Assembly: GCA_034659095.1 (NCBI GenBank)
Contig: JAYEGQ010000174.1
Span: 1 to 49,957, forward strand
Origin: Thermotogota bacterium
GTDB lineage: Bacteria; Thermotogota; Thermotogae; MWEM01
Direction of reading: 5' to 3'
Length of the DNA stretch: 49,957 bases
Shown here: in pieces, positions 27,515-35,847 of the stretch
Layout of the letters: every line of letters begins with the position of its first letter
How positions within the stretch are numbered: the first letter of the stretch is position 1
The notes under the pieces: model-generated
The model's database searches: none
Told to the model about the DNA's origin: nothing
Seen by the model: the letters and a program-made list of their open reading frames with translations, nothing else
Translations under genes and position numbers: made by a program

Positions 27515-28632
27515 AGGGATTCGATAATTTGTTCTAAGGATTCAGCAATATAAATCTGATCCGCTTCTGTTAAATTGTTGTAAAAGGGGATGGCTATACT
27601 TCTCTCACCAATATCTTCAGTAACCGGTAAAAATCCGCTTTTGAAGCCAAATTGCCTTTTATAAAATGGTTGAAGGTGGATGGGAGAAAAATAATTTCTG
27701 CATCCGATGCCCCTTTCCCTTAAACGTTTTAAAACCGTGTCCCGTGGAATATGTTTATCCACGGTGATGACATAGACAAACCAGCTCATCTGTGTCACAT
27801 AATCCTTTACCACCGGGGGGATGATCCCGTCTATCTTTGATAGGAGTTTTCGGTATGTATCCGCAACGCGCTTTCTTTTTTCAATAAATAGATCGATTTT
27901 TTTTAGTTGCTCAATCCCCAAAACTGAGCTGATTTCATTCAACCTGAAATTAAATCCCAAGCGAACGTGATCCAACCAGCTGCCTCCTTCTCCACGACCT
28001 TGATTTCTCATGGACCGACTTTTAATGTAGATATCTTCGTTATCGGTTACAATCACACCACCTTCACCGGTTGTAATTTGTTTATTGGGATAAAAGGCAA
28101 ACGCACCGGCTTCGCCGTAACTTCCGCAACGTTTGCCTTTATATTCACTTCCCAGAGCTTCACAAGAATCTTCTATAATCGTTAAATTGTATTTGTTGGC
28201 AATAACACTAATCTCATCCCAAGCGCAAGGATGACCAAAAACATCAACGGTAATGATTCCCTTAATCTCGGGGTCAGCTTTTACAAGTTCCTCAATACTT
28301 TTTGGGTCGATGTTAAATGTGTCTTTTTCAATGTCTGCAAAAACAGGAGTTGCTCCTACATAAAGAAGGATGTTTGCCGTGGTGATAAAGGAAAAGGATG
28401 TGGTGATGTATTTATCTCCCGGACCGATTCCCAAAGATCTGCCGATTAAATCCAGGGCACTTGTTCCGCTGTTAACAGCAACTGCATATTTTCGCTGGGA
28501 ATAGTTGGCTATCATTGTTTCAAATTCTTCTACTTTGGGTCCAATGCTGAGAATAGAAGAATCAAGAACTTCCATCACTGCCCTTTTTTCTTCATTACCC
28601 ACATCGGGAGAGGCTAATGGTATGTTTTTCAT
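27511..28632 (-). CDS. DegT/DnrJ/EryC1/StrS-family sugar aminotransferase
   Basis: Family motifs are present: VNSGTSALDL, IIEDSCEALGS and FAFYPNKQITTGEGG. There is a 4-nt overlap with the lnt start. Confidence 0.9.
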   Translation of the reverse strand: MKNIPLASPDVGNEEKRAVMEVLDSSILSIGPKVEEFETMIANYSQRKYAVAVNSGTSALDLIGRSLGIGPGDKYITTSFSFITTANILLYVGATPVFADIEKDTFNIDPKSIEELVKADPEIKGIITVDVFGHPCAWDEISVIANKYNLTIIEDSCEALGSEYKGKRCGSYGEAGAFAFYPNKQITTGEGGVIVTDNEDIYIKSRSMRNQGRGEGGSWLDHVRLGFNFRLNEISSVLGIEQLKKIDLFIEKRKRVADTYRKLLSKIDGIIPPVVKDYVTQMSWFVYVITVDKHIPRDTVLKRLRERGIGCRNYFSPIHLQPFYKRQFGFKSGFLPVTEDIGERSIAIPFYNNLTEADQIYIAESLEQIIESL

Positions 28633-28644
28633 TATATTTCACCC

Positions 28645-29634
28645 TTAATCCATTGAATGTTGAATTTTCTGTACGATCTCGTTATCAATACCTTTTTCTG
28701 CGACCTTCAAGGCATTGATTATTGCTATTGAATCAGAGTTACCATGTGCTTTAATCGAAGGTGCGTTTACTCCTAAGATATATCCGCCACCCGTGTTTCT
28801 GGAATCCGTCTTGAATTTTAAATCTGCGAATACCGGTTTCATTAACAATGCACCTAATTTTACCATGATGCTTCGGGCATTGATGGATGATTTTAATAGT
28901 GAAGAGATAAAATTACCGATGCCTTCCATTGATTTTAATGCTATATTGCCTGACCAGCCGTCTGTGACTACAACGTCAACCGTACCTGATGCTATATCTC
29001 TTCCCTCGACAAAGCCAATAAAGTTATGATTTAATTCCTCTTTCATTAACTTATATGCTTCTTTAATTTGATCAGTTCCTTTATCTTCTTCGCTACCCAC
29101 ATTTAATAATCCAACCTTCGGTTTATCAATTCCGTTGATTCTTTGAAGGGCCAGCCCCATCCGGGCAAAAGATAGATAGTTTTCAATTTTAGATTCCAAG
29201 TTTGCCCCACTGTCCAATAAAATTGTATACCCCTTTTTGTTTGGAATTGGCGAAGCGATAGCAGGTCGTGATATGCCTTTGATTCTCCCGATGACAAATG
29301 TGGAAACTGCTAATAAAGCCCCGGTGTTTCCAGCACTGATTAAAGCATCGGCTTTGCCTGTTTTAATCAAATCTGCAGCCATATAAAGTGAAGTTTCACG
29401 CCGCCTTAATATGTGAGAAGGTTTTTCATCCATTTTAAAAGTGCCTGGCGCATCGTATATGGTAACGTCTTCCAACTGATCTAATTGGGTTGAGTACTTT
29501 TCTATTTGATCTTTTTTACCAACCAAAATGATACCCGATTTGATAATGTTTTTGGATTTTGCTTCTTCTACACCCTTAATAATTGCCTGTGGGGCGTGGT
29601 CCCCCCCCATTGCATCAATTGCTATTATTGCCAT
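28645..29634 (-). CDS. plsX: phosphate acyltransferase PlsX
   Basis: Contains MAIIAIDAMGGDHAP, DAPGTFKMDEKP and GNTGAL. AGGAGG lies 5 nt before ATG 29634. The tracked ORF starts 6 codons earlier. Confidence 0.9.
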   Translation of the reverse strand: MAIIAIDAMGGDHAPQAIIKGVEEAKSKNIIKSGIILVGKKDQIEKYSTQLDQLEDVTIYDAPGTFKMDEKPSHILRRRETSLYMAADLIKTGKADALISAGNTGALLAVSTFVIGRIKGISRPAIASPIPNKKGYTILLDSGANLESKIENYLSFARMGLALQRINGIDKPKVGLLNVGSEEDKGTDQIKEAYKLMKEELNHNFIGFVEGRDIASGTVDVVVTDGWSGNIALKSMEGIGNFISSLLKSSINARSIMVKLGALLMKPVFADLKFKTDSRNTGGGYILGVNAPSIKAHGNSDSIAIINALKVAEKGIDNEIVQKIQHSMD

Positions 29635-29740
29635 AATTTCCTCCTGAATCATCTGAAATTTGTTCTCTTACTGGAATTATACACCATTTTTTGGCGTCTT
29701 ATGTATTGCATTTGTATAATAAAGTTATTTTAACCATTCC

Positions 29741-29776
29741 TTGGAATTTTCGGGTTATATTGTATAATAGATTATC
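29741..29776 (+). promoter_or_regulatory. promoter of the rubredoxin operon with a Fur/PerR-like inverted repeat over the -10 box
   Basis: TTGGAA (29741-29746), a 16-nt spacer, then TATAAT (29763-29768). TATAAT-AG-ATTATC (29763-29776) is an imperfect palindrome. Confidence 0.5.
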
Positions 29777-29797
29777 ATTAAAAATGGAGGTAAAAAA

Positions 29798-29956
29798 ATG
29801 GATAAGTATGTTTGCACAGTTTGTGGTTATGTTTACGATCCTGCAGCAGGAGACTTGGATAACGGTGTAGAACCCGGCACAAAATGGGAAGATGTACCTG
29901 AAGATTGGGTATGTCCATTATGTGGTGCCGGTAAAGACGCCTTCGAAATTCAATAA
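29798..29956 (+). CDS. rubredoxin
   Basis: This 52-aa ORF is below the ORF-track cutoff. It reads [52 protein letters not shown], with both CxxCG knuckles. A GGAGG RBS lies upstream. Confidence 0.9.
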   Translation: MDKYVCTVCGYVYDPAAGDLDNGVEPGTKWEDVPEDWVCPLCGAGKDAFEIQ

Positions 29957-29972
29957 AGAGGGGATGAATTAA

Positions 29973-31157
29973 TTGGCTATCAGAAAGATTAAAGAAAATA
30001 TATACAATGTCGGAGCTATAGATTGGGATCGTGAATTGTTTGATGAATTAATACCCTTACCGGAAGGAACTTCATATAATGCCTTTGTTGTTTTCGGAAG
30101 TGAAAAAACAGCCCTGATCGATGCGATTGAACCGGAAAAGGAAGAAGAATTTTTAAGGAATCTAAAAGAGCTTGATCCAAAAAACATTGACTACATTATT
30201 TCAAATCACGCTGAACAAGATCATTCGGGCTTGATCCCAAAAGTGCATGAATTATTCCCGAATGCCAGAATAGTAACAAATGAAAAATGCAAGGGCTTTT
30301 TGATGGATTTGCTACCACTGGAAGAAGAAGCCTTTGATGTGGTTTCAGATGGTGATACACTGTCTTTAGGAAACAAAACCTTGGAGTTCATCATTGCTCC
30401 ATGGGTTCATTGGCCCGAAACCATGTTTACCTATTTGAGAGAAGATAAGGTTTTATTCTCCGGAGACTTTCTTGGTTCACATCTGGCTGTAAGCAACACA
30501 TTCTCCAACGATGATTCCCAAACTTATTTGGCTGCCAAGCGATATTTTGCAGAGATCATGATGCCTTTCAGGCCAATGATTAAAAAGCATCTAAAACGCC
30601 TTGAGGATTACGAAATAGAGATGGTTTGTACCGTTCATGGTCCAGTCTATAAAAATCCGGAATTTATTATCAAACATTATCGGGATTGGGTATCGGACGA
30701 TGTTAAAAACCTTGTGTTAATACCTTATGTGTCCATGCACGGAAGCACCTTGAAAACAGTTGAATTTCTCACAGATGAATTGACCAACAGGGGAATTGAA
30801 GTGCTGCCCATTAACATGACGAAGGCGGATCTTGGGAAACTTACAACTGAGTTGGTAGATGCTGCAACGATCGTATTGGCAGGATCAACGGTTCTCATGG
30901 GCCCGCATCCTCAAATGTTATATACAGCTGCCATGGTTAATGCGTTAAGGCCTAAGACAAAGATTATCTCAATCATTACCTCTTTTGGTTGGGCTTCCCA
31001 AGCGACAAAGACGTTGAAGTCTCTTTTAGGAACGCTTCAGGCTGAATGGCTTGAGACAATCGATTATAAAGGCCACCCCAAAGAAGAGGATTTGGAAAAG
31101 GTCAGAGAATTGGCGGACAAAATTCTTGACAAACACAAAGCTTTAAACCTTTTATAA
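29973..31157 (+). CDS. fprA: A-type flavodiiron protein (rubredoxin:oxygen/NO oxidoreductase)
   Basis: Contains [17 protein letters not shown] and the diiron-site motif [11 protein letters not shown], plus a C-terminal flavodoxin-like domain. A TTG start follows AGAGGGGA. Confidence 0.9.
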   Translation: MAIRKIKENIYNVGAIDWDRELFDELIPLPEGTSYNAFVVFGSEKTALIDAIEPEKEEEFLRNLKELDPKNIDYIISNHAEQDHSGLIPKVHELFPNARIVTNEKCKGFLMDLLPLEEEAFDVVSDGDTLSLGNKTLEFIIAPWVHWPETMFTYLREDKVLFSGDFLGSHLAVSNTFSNDDSQTYLAAKRYFAEIMMPFRPMIKKHLKRLEDYEIEMVCTVHGPVYKNPEFIIKHYRDWVSDDVKNLVLIPYVSMHGSTLKTVEFLTDELTNRGIEVLPINMTKADLGKLTTELVDAATIVLAGSTVLMGPHPQMLYTAAMVNALRPKTKIISIITSFGWASQATKTLKSLLGTLQAEWLETIDYKGHPKEEDLEKVRELADKILDKHKALNLL

Positions 31158-31171
31158 AGGAGGAAGATGAG

Positions 31172-31555
31172 ATGACTAAAAAGAAACAAGTGTACAAATG
31201 CGATATCTGCGGTAATATAGTTGAAATCCTTCATGAAGGACAAGAAGCATTGGTGTGTTGTGGTGAACCTATGAAGTCGATGGAAGAACAGACTGCAGAT
31301 CAGGCAAATGAAAAACACGTTCCTGTAGTAGAGAAAGTGGATGGAGGTTACAAAGTGACGGTTGGTTCCACGCTTCATCCTATGCAGGAAAAGCATTATA
31401 TTGAATGGATTGAATTGATTACAGATCGTGGAGTATTCAGAAAACATTTGGCTCCCGGTGAAGATCCCATCGCCACATTTGAAGATGTAGGAAAAGTAAT
31501 CCAGGCGCGAGAATACTGCAATGTTCACGATCTTTGGGCGTTGAACGAAATATAA
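31172..31555 (+). CDS. dfx: desulfoferrodoxin (2Fe superoxide reductase)
   Basis: Has the N-terminal desulforedoxin motif [23 protein letters not shown] and the centre II residues EKHVPV and CNVHDLW. Confidence 0.9.
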   Translation: MTKKKQVYKCDICGNIVEILHEGQEALVCCGEPMKSMEEQTADQANEKHVPVVEKVDGGYKVTVGSTLHPMQEKHYIEWIELITDRGVFRKHLAPGEDPIATFEDVGKVIQAREYCNVHDLWALNEI

Positions 31556-31588
31556 ATTTTCATATCAACAAAAAAAGGGTTATAATGG

Positions 31589-31617
31589 CATCGGTGAAAA
31601 CCGATGCTGTTTTTTAT
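31589..31617 (+). terminator. rho-independent terminator after dfx
   Basis: The CATCGG-tgaaaa-CCGATG stem is followed by CTGTTTTTTATT. Confidence 0.65.
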
Positions 31618-31630
31618 TGGGGGTGATGGG

Positions 31631-32311
31631 ATGACGGCAATTCAAAAGAATTTTAACGAACTGATTAGTAAAATCGATGCTATTTCCAAAGCTTGTGGAA
31701 GAAATGTAGATGAAATAAAACTGGTTGCTGTGAGTAAAACTTTTCCTGTTTCAGATATCAAAGAGATCATTGAAGCCGGTCACAACATCTTTGGAGAAAA
31801 TAAAGCCCAGGAGATTAGGGATAAGATGGAGTTGTTGGAAGGAAAAGATATCGAATGGCATTTTATCGGGCCACTACAAAAAAACAAAGTCAAATACGTG
31901 GCAGGAAAAACAAAACTCATCCATTCGGTGGAAAGTGAAAAGATCGCGAAGGAAATTGATAAACGAGCTGCCAATGAGGGACAAGTTCAGGATATTCTAA
32001 TTGAAGTGAACGTTTCCGGTGAGGAAAGCAAGCATGGCTTAAAGCCGGATAAAACAAAAGATTTTATTGAAATGCTTCAAAAACACAATAATATTCGTGT
32101 GAGGGGGTTCATGACCATGGCACCATTCACAGATGATGAACTGGTTATCAGAGAAACTTTCAGCGGTTTGAGGTTGTTGCGTGACGATGTTCAACAACAA
32201 TATCCTCAAATCGTTGAATTATCGATGGGAATGACCAATGACTACAAAATAGCGATAGAAGAAGGGGCCACTATTCTGAGAATAGGCTCCGCTATTTTTG
32301 GAACGAGGTAG
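31631..32311 (+). CDS. yggS: YggS-family PLP homeostasis protein
   Basis: Contains LVAVSKTF (PLP lysine), HFIGPLQKNKVKY and SMGMTNDY. The start is set at ATG 31631, downstream of the dfx terminator. Confidence 0.85.
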   Translation: MTAIQKNFNELISKIDAISKACGRNVDEIKLVAVSKTFPVSDIKEIIEAGHNIFGENKAQEIRDKMELLEGKDIEWHFIGPLQKNKVKYVAGKTKLIHSVESEKIAKEIDKRAANEGQVQDILIEVNVSGEESKHGLKPDKTKDFIEMLQKHNNIRVRGFMTMAPFTDDELVIRETFSGLRLLRDDVQQQYPQIVELSMGMTNDYKIAIEEGATILRIGSAIFGTR

Positions 32312-32320
32312 GAAAAGCAA

Positions 32321-33325
32321 GTGAAAAACGGAAAAAGAATTTTGATGGCCATTGAATCCTCCTGTGATGATACGGGCGTTTGTATCATCAGTGAAGGCAG
32401 GGAAATACTGGCCAATTTATTATCTTCACAAGTTGCGATTCACAATAAATTTGGTGGTGTTGTTCCAGAAATAGCCTCAAGAAAGCACCTGGAGGCAATC
32501 AATCCCATGATCGATCAGGCACTTGAAGAAGCCGGATGCAACTTTTCGGATATTGATGCAGTAGCGGCAACAATCGGTCCGGGCCTGATTGGGGCTCTGT
32601 TGGTTGGCGTATCAGCTGCAAAAGCAGTTGCTTTTACGTTGGGAGTACCCTTTATCGGGGTAAATCATCTGAAGGGGCATATTTACGCCAATTATTTGAT
32701 CTATAAAGATCTTCAACCGCCTTTTATGGTTCTCTTATGTTCAGGAGGCCATACTCAGCTGATCTATGTTGAGCATCATGATCATTTTATTCGTGTGGGA
32801 AACACATTGGATGATGCAGCGGGAGAGGCTTTTGACAAAGGGGCAAGGATATTGGATTTAGGATATCCGGGTGGTCCGTTGGTTCAGAAAGTAGCAAAAG
32901 GCGGAAATCCAAAGGCCGTTGACTTTCCCAGGGCATTAAGGGAAAGGAATAATTTTGATTTCTCCTTTAGTGGGTTGAAGACATCTCTTTTGTATCATAT
33001 GCGAAAACATCCTCAAGATTCCGTAGCTGATGTTGCTGCAAGTTATCAGGAAGCCATTGTGGACAGTTTGGTTGATAAGTCATTCCGGGTAGCCAGAAAG
33101 ATGGGAACAAAAAAAGTCATTTTTGCCGGTGGTGTTGCAGCTAACGAACGATTAAGGGAGAAAGCGAATCAAAAAGCGACTTCGTGGGGTTATCAAGTAT
33201 ATTTCCCTTCTTTGGAGTTCTGCACCGATAATGCCGCAATGATCGCATCAGCGGCTTGGGGTCGATTCGAAAAAGGAGATTTTGATTCCTTGGAACTTGC
33301 AGCCAATGCATCTCTCGTGATTTAA
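32321..33325 (+). CDS. tsaD: tRNA N6-adenosine threonylcarbamoyltransferase
   Basis: Contains ILMAIESSCDDTGV, GVNHLKGH, CSGGHTQL and FAGGVAANERLR. The start codon is GTG. Confidence 0.9.
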   Translation: MKNGKRILMAIESSCDDTGVCIISEGREILANLLSSQVAIHNKFGGVVPEIASRKHLEAINPMIDQALEEAGCNFSDIDAVAATIGPGLIGALLVGVSAAKAVAFTLGVPFIGVNHLKGHIYANYLIYKDLQPPFMVLLCSGGHTQLIYVEHHDHFIRVGNTLDDAAGEAFDKGARILDLGYPGGPLVQKVAKGGNPKAVDFPRALRERNNFDFSFSGLKTSLLYHMRKHPQDSVADVAASYQEAIVDSLVDKSFRVARKMGTKKVIFAGGVAANERLREKANQKATSWGYQVYFPSLEFCTDNAAMIASAAWGRFEKGDFDSLELAANASLVI

Positions 33326-33391
33326 TTGTGGATACTGTTAGTCATGTATACGCCTGTTATATACAAACAAAATTTATAGGGAGATGACTTT

Positions 33392-33835
33392 ATGAGAACG
33401 GATATTGTGAACTACCCCTACTTAAAGAAGCAGGAGTCTTCTTCCCGAACATTTGATAAATATAGGAGAACAATTTGAAGATTTCGTTTTAACGGATCAG
33501 GATGGTAACAGTATTGATACGGCTGGACTGAAAGGCAAAAAGATATTGCTGTCCTTTCTCCATTAGCTTGGACACCGGTATGCAGGGATCAAATGAAGGT
33601 CATTGATGAACTTCATAATGAATTTGAAACATTAGATGTGGTGCCTTTTGGTATCAGTATCGATTCCAGTCAATCCAAAAAAGCATGGGCTGACAGCATG
33701 GGACTAAAAAAGCTGAAATTGTTGGCGGATTTTTGGCCACATGGAGAACTGGCACAAAAATTGGGTGTTTTTTTAGATGACAAAGGGTTTTCAAAACGCG
33801 TGAATATTGTTTTGGATAAGAACAGCGGCATTTAA
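33392..33835 (+). pseudogene. AhpE/Bcp-like 1-Cys/2-Cys peroxiredoxin, frameshifted
   Basis: ATG 33392 has an AGGGAG RBS, and its frame stops at 33455. Prx homology continues in another frame (INIGEQFEDFVLTDQDGNSIDTAGLKGKKILLSF) up to a 1-nt deletion at approx. 33558. It then returns to the first frame (PLAWTPVCRDQ..LLADFWPHGELAQKLGVF..). The C-terminus ends approx. 25 aa short, or carries a third shift near 33828. Confidence 0.7.
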
Positions 33836-33877
33836 TGGATTTGTTGAAATCAAGAAAATAATGATGAGTTAACGCAT

Positions 33878-33973
33878 AAAAAGGGGCTGTCAATATCCGT
33901 TGACAGCCCTTGCTACGGGGGATGGTCGAACACAAATTTCAAAACTCAAAATTGAGCCTCTATGTTGACCTTC
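33878..33973 (-). ncRNA. candidate small RNA (promoter-to-terminator unit without an ORF)
   Basis: A consensus promoter lies immediately upstream. Predicted structure is a P1 stem GGUCAACA/UGUU(C)GACC, an internal CUCA-AUUU-UGAG hairpin, a single-stranded CAUCCCCGUAGCAA segment, then a 10-bp GC-rich terminator stem (33884-33909) followed by U5. No RBS or start codon is present in the approx. 96 nt. Confidence 0.35.
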
Positions 33974-33980
33974 AAAGAAA

Positions 33981-34009
33981 ATATTACCATATTTTGAAAC
34001 CTATGTCAA
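33981..34009 (-). promoter_or_regulatory. near-consensus sigma70 promoter on the minus strand
   Basis: TTGACA (34009-34004), a 17-nt spacer, then TAATAT (33986-33981). Confidence 0.55.
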
Positions 34010-34142
34010 GCTATCGCATGTTATTCGTCATTAGCTCATTAATGCTGCTTATTTCACCATCTCTCATTATGACCTGCTCAGGCACTTTTCTTTTTGAGTA
34101 AAAGGAAAAAGAATCTCCCGGTCCTAATCTTCTCACTTGAGC

Positions 34143-34559
34143 TCATTCGCCTATGATCTTGACTAAAACACGTTTTCTCCTTTTTCCGTCAAATTCACCG
34201 TAAAAGATCTGCTCCCACGGTCCAAAGTCCAACTGACCATCTGTAATGGCTACAACGACTTCTCGGCCCATCACTTGTCTTTTCATGTGGGCATCTGCGT
34301 TGTCTTCAAATCCATTATGCTGATATTGGCTGTGGGGTTTTTCCGGTGCAAGTCGTTCCAGCCATTTTTCGTAATCCGCATGCAGACCACTTTCATCATC
34401 GTTGATAAACACACTGGCGGTGATATGCATGGCATTACACAACAAAAGCCCCTCTTGAATGCCGCTTTCTTGAAGACACTCTCGGACTTGAGGTGTGATG
34501 TTGATAAATTCCCTTCTTTTTGTGGTGTTGAACCACAATTCTTTTTTGTATGATTTCAT
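34143..34559 (-). CDS. yjbQ: YjbQ/UPF0047-family protein (secondary thiamine-phosphate synthase)
   Basis: 138 aa with [31 protein letters not shown] and [35 protein letters not shown]. Confidence 0.85.
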   Translation of the reverse strand: MKSYKKELWFNTTKRREFINITPQVRECLQESGIQEGLLLCNAMHITASVFINDDESGLHADYEKWLERLAPEKPHSQYQHNGFEDNADAHMKRQVMGREVVVAITDGQLDFGPWEQIFYGEFDGKRRKRVLVKIIGE

Positions 34560-34676
34560 GGTTGACCTCCTTGATGGTTAAATGCTATACTCAATTGGTT
34601 AGGTATATATTTCTCCGTATGTTAAAATTCCTTAATACTTACTGAAAATAAATAAAATGTCAAAGGAGTGAGTTCT

Positions 34677-35543
34677 ATGAATCAAAAGCGTGTCCTGAAA
34701 ACAAACTTGCTTTTACTTTTGGTTATTGCCGCAATACTCACTGTTCAAAGGTTTTTAACCAGCGATCTTCAGATAGCTCTTAGTGTTTTAATGGCAACAG
34801 GTTCAGCCTCAGCTGTTGCGCTTTTTGTGTATTATTTTAACATGCCTTTTTTTATGAAGGGGTTATTGATGTCGATTACCCCATTTTATGTCAGTCTTGC
34901 TCTCTCAATTATTCTCGGGGGGATACCCCACATGTTTCTCATATATATTGGTTCTTTCACATTAGCCGCTCTCTATTTTAATACTAAATTATTAACAGTA
35001 ACCGGCATCATCGTCAATGGTTCCATCGTTGTTGCCTATATTTTTAATCCTACTGGATTACTTGGTTCTGAAGCTTCTTTATCTGATTTGATAGTAAAAC
35101 TGGGGATGATGGATTCCATAGGATTTCTTGTTTTATTTTTATTAACGAAATGGGATAATGAAGCTTTGAACCTATCTATGGAAAATCAGGAAAAATCTGA
35201 TCATTTTATTGAAAAATCTGAAGAACTCAGTTCAACCATAGAAGATGGGGAAAAACACACGCAGGTATTCAAAGAACATTTTCAAAAAATGGAAGAAGTT
35301 TTTCAACAAATTTATGATGAGCTTCAGAAAGAACAAAACGAGATCAGTGATGTAGCTGAGGAGATCAAAAAAACCCTGGAATTAGTTGTGAGAATAGCCG
35401 CCATTTCCGAAGAGAACGCCTCTTCAACGCAAGAACTTTTTGCTTCCACTGATGAGTTGAAAAAACAGATTCATTCTCTATCTTCTGAAATGGAAAAAAT
35501 CGCTCAACTGAAAGATGAACTTAGCCATTCCATGAATAGTTAG
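34677..35543 (+). CDS. six-TM membrane protein with a short C-terminal coiled coil resembling only the end of an MCP signalling domain
   Basis: Six hydrophobic helices are followed by approx. 135 cytoplasmic aa ending RIAAISEENASSTQELFASTDELKKQI. No conserved hairpin-tip block is present. AAAGGAG lies 8 nt before ATG 34677. Confidence 0.6.
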   Translation: MNQKRVLKTNLLLLLVIAAILTVQRFLTSDLQIALSVLMATGSASAVALFVYYFNMPFFMKGLLMSITPFYVSLALSIILGGIPHMFLIYIGSFTLAALYFNTKLLTVTGIIVNGSIVVAYIFNPTGLLGSEASLSDLIVKLGMMDSIGFLVLFLLTKWDNEALNLSMENQEKSDHFIEKSEELSSTIEDGEKHTQVFKEHFQKMEEVFQQIYDELQKEQNEISDVAEEIKKTLELVVRIAAISEENASSTQELFASTDELKKQIHSLSSEMEKIAQLKDELSHSMNS

Positions 35544-35553
35544 TGCAGGTGAT

Positions 35554-35847
35554 TTGCCGTTGTTGATGCTTTTTCTAATACTGGTTGCCTTTATAACGGG
35601 GCTCCTTTTAGGTTTAAAAAAACGATTGAGATTTTTAAGCAAGTTCAAGATTATTCCCTTAATTACTTTATTATTACTCTTTTCTATGGGTACTGAGATT
35701 GGCCAATCCCAGGAGATTATGTCCAATCTCGATTCAATTGGTCTCAATGCCTTTTTAATCGCTCTTTTTGCCGTTGCAGGTAGTTTTTTTGTAACACTTT
35801 TCTTCCTTAAACTTGTTAAAATAAAAAAAGGTGAACCCGATGATTGA
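35554..35847 (+). CDS. LysO-family (DUF340) membrane protein, small subunit/N-terminal half
   Basis: Approx. 95 aa with three TM helices, immediately preceding and overlapping the larger DUF340 ORF. The start is ambiguous: TTG at 35554, 35560 or 35563, or ATG at 35566. Confidence 0.6.
   Translation: MPLLMLFLILVAFITGLLLGLKKRLRFLSKFKIIPLITLLLLFSMGTEIGQSQEIMSNLDSIGLNAFLIALFAVAGSFFVTLFFLKLVKIKKGEPDD

Noticed and set aside
29601-29608. A C8/G8 homopolymer lies in the first codons of plsX (ATG GGG GGG GAC). It could be a slipped-strand phase-variation tract.
   Set aside because: The tract encodes the conserved MGGD(H)AP motif of an essential gene and is in frame here. There is no evidence of variation from a single sequence. 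It is only noteworthy as a sequencing-error-prone site.
33910-34101. A 63-aa plus-strand ORF lies in the gap between the Prx pseudogene and yjbQ.
   Set aside because: It has no RBS and a low-complexity hydrophobic sequence. It overlaps the minus-strand promoter and sRNA candidate and a minus-strand gene remnant.
34011-34142. A 43-codon open frame lies directly in frame after the yjbQ TGA stop (AQVRRLGPGDSFSFYSKRKVPEQVIMRDGEISSINELMTNNMR). It could be a read-through extension or the remnant of a cupin- or ABC-like gene.
   Set aside because: It has no start codon with an RBS, the similarity is too short to assign, and YjbQ is already full length at its stop. It is most likely a decayed fragment and is not called as a feature.
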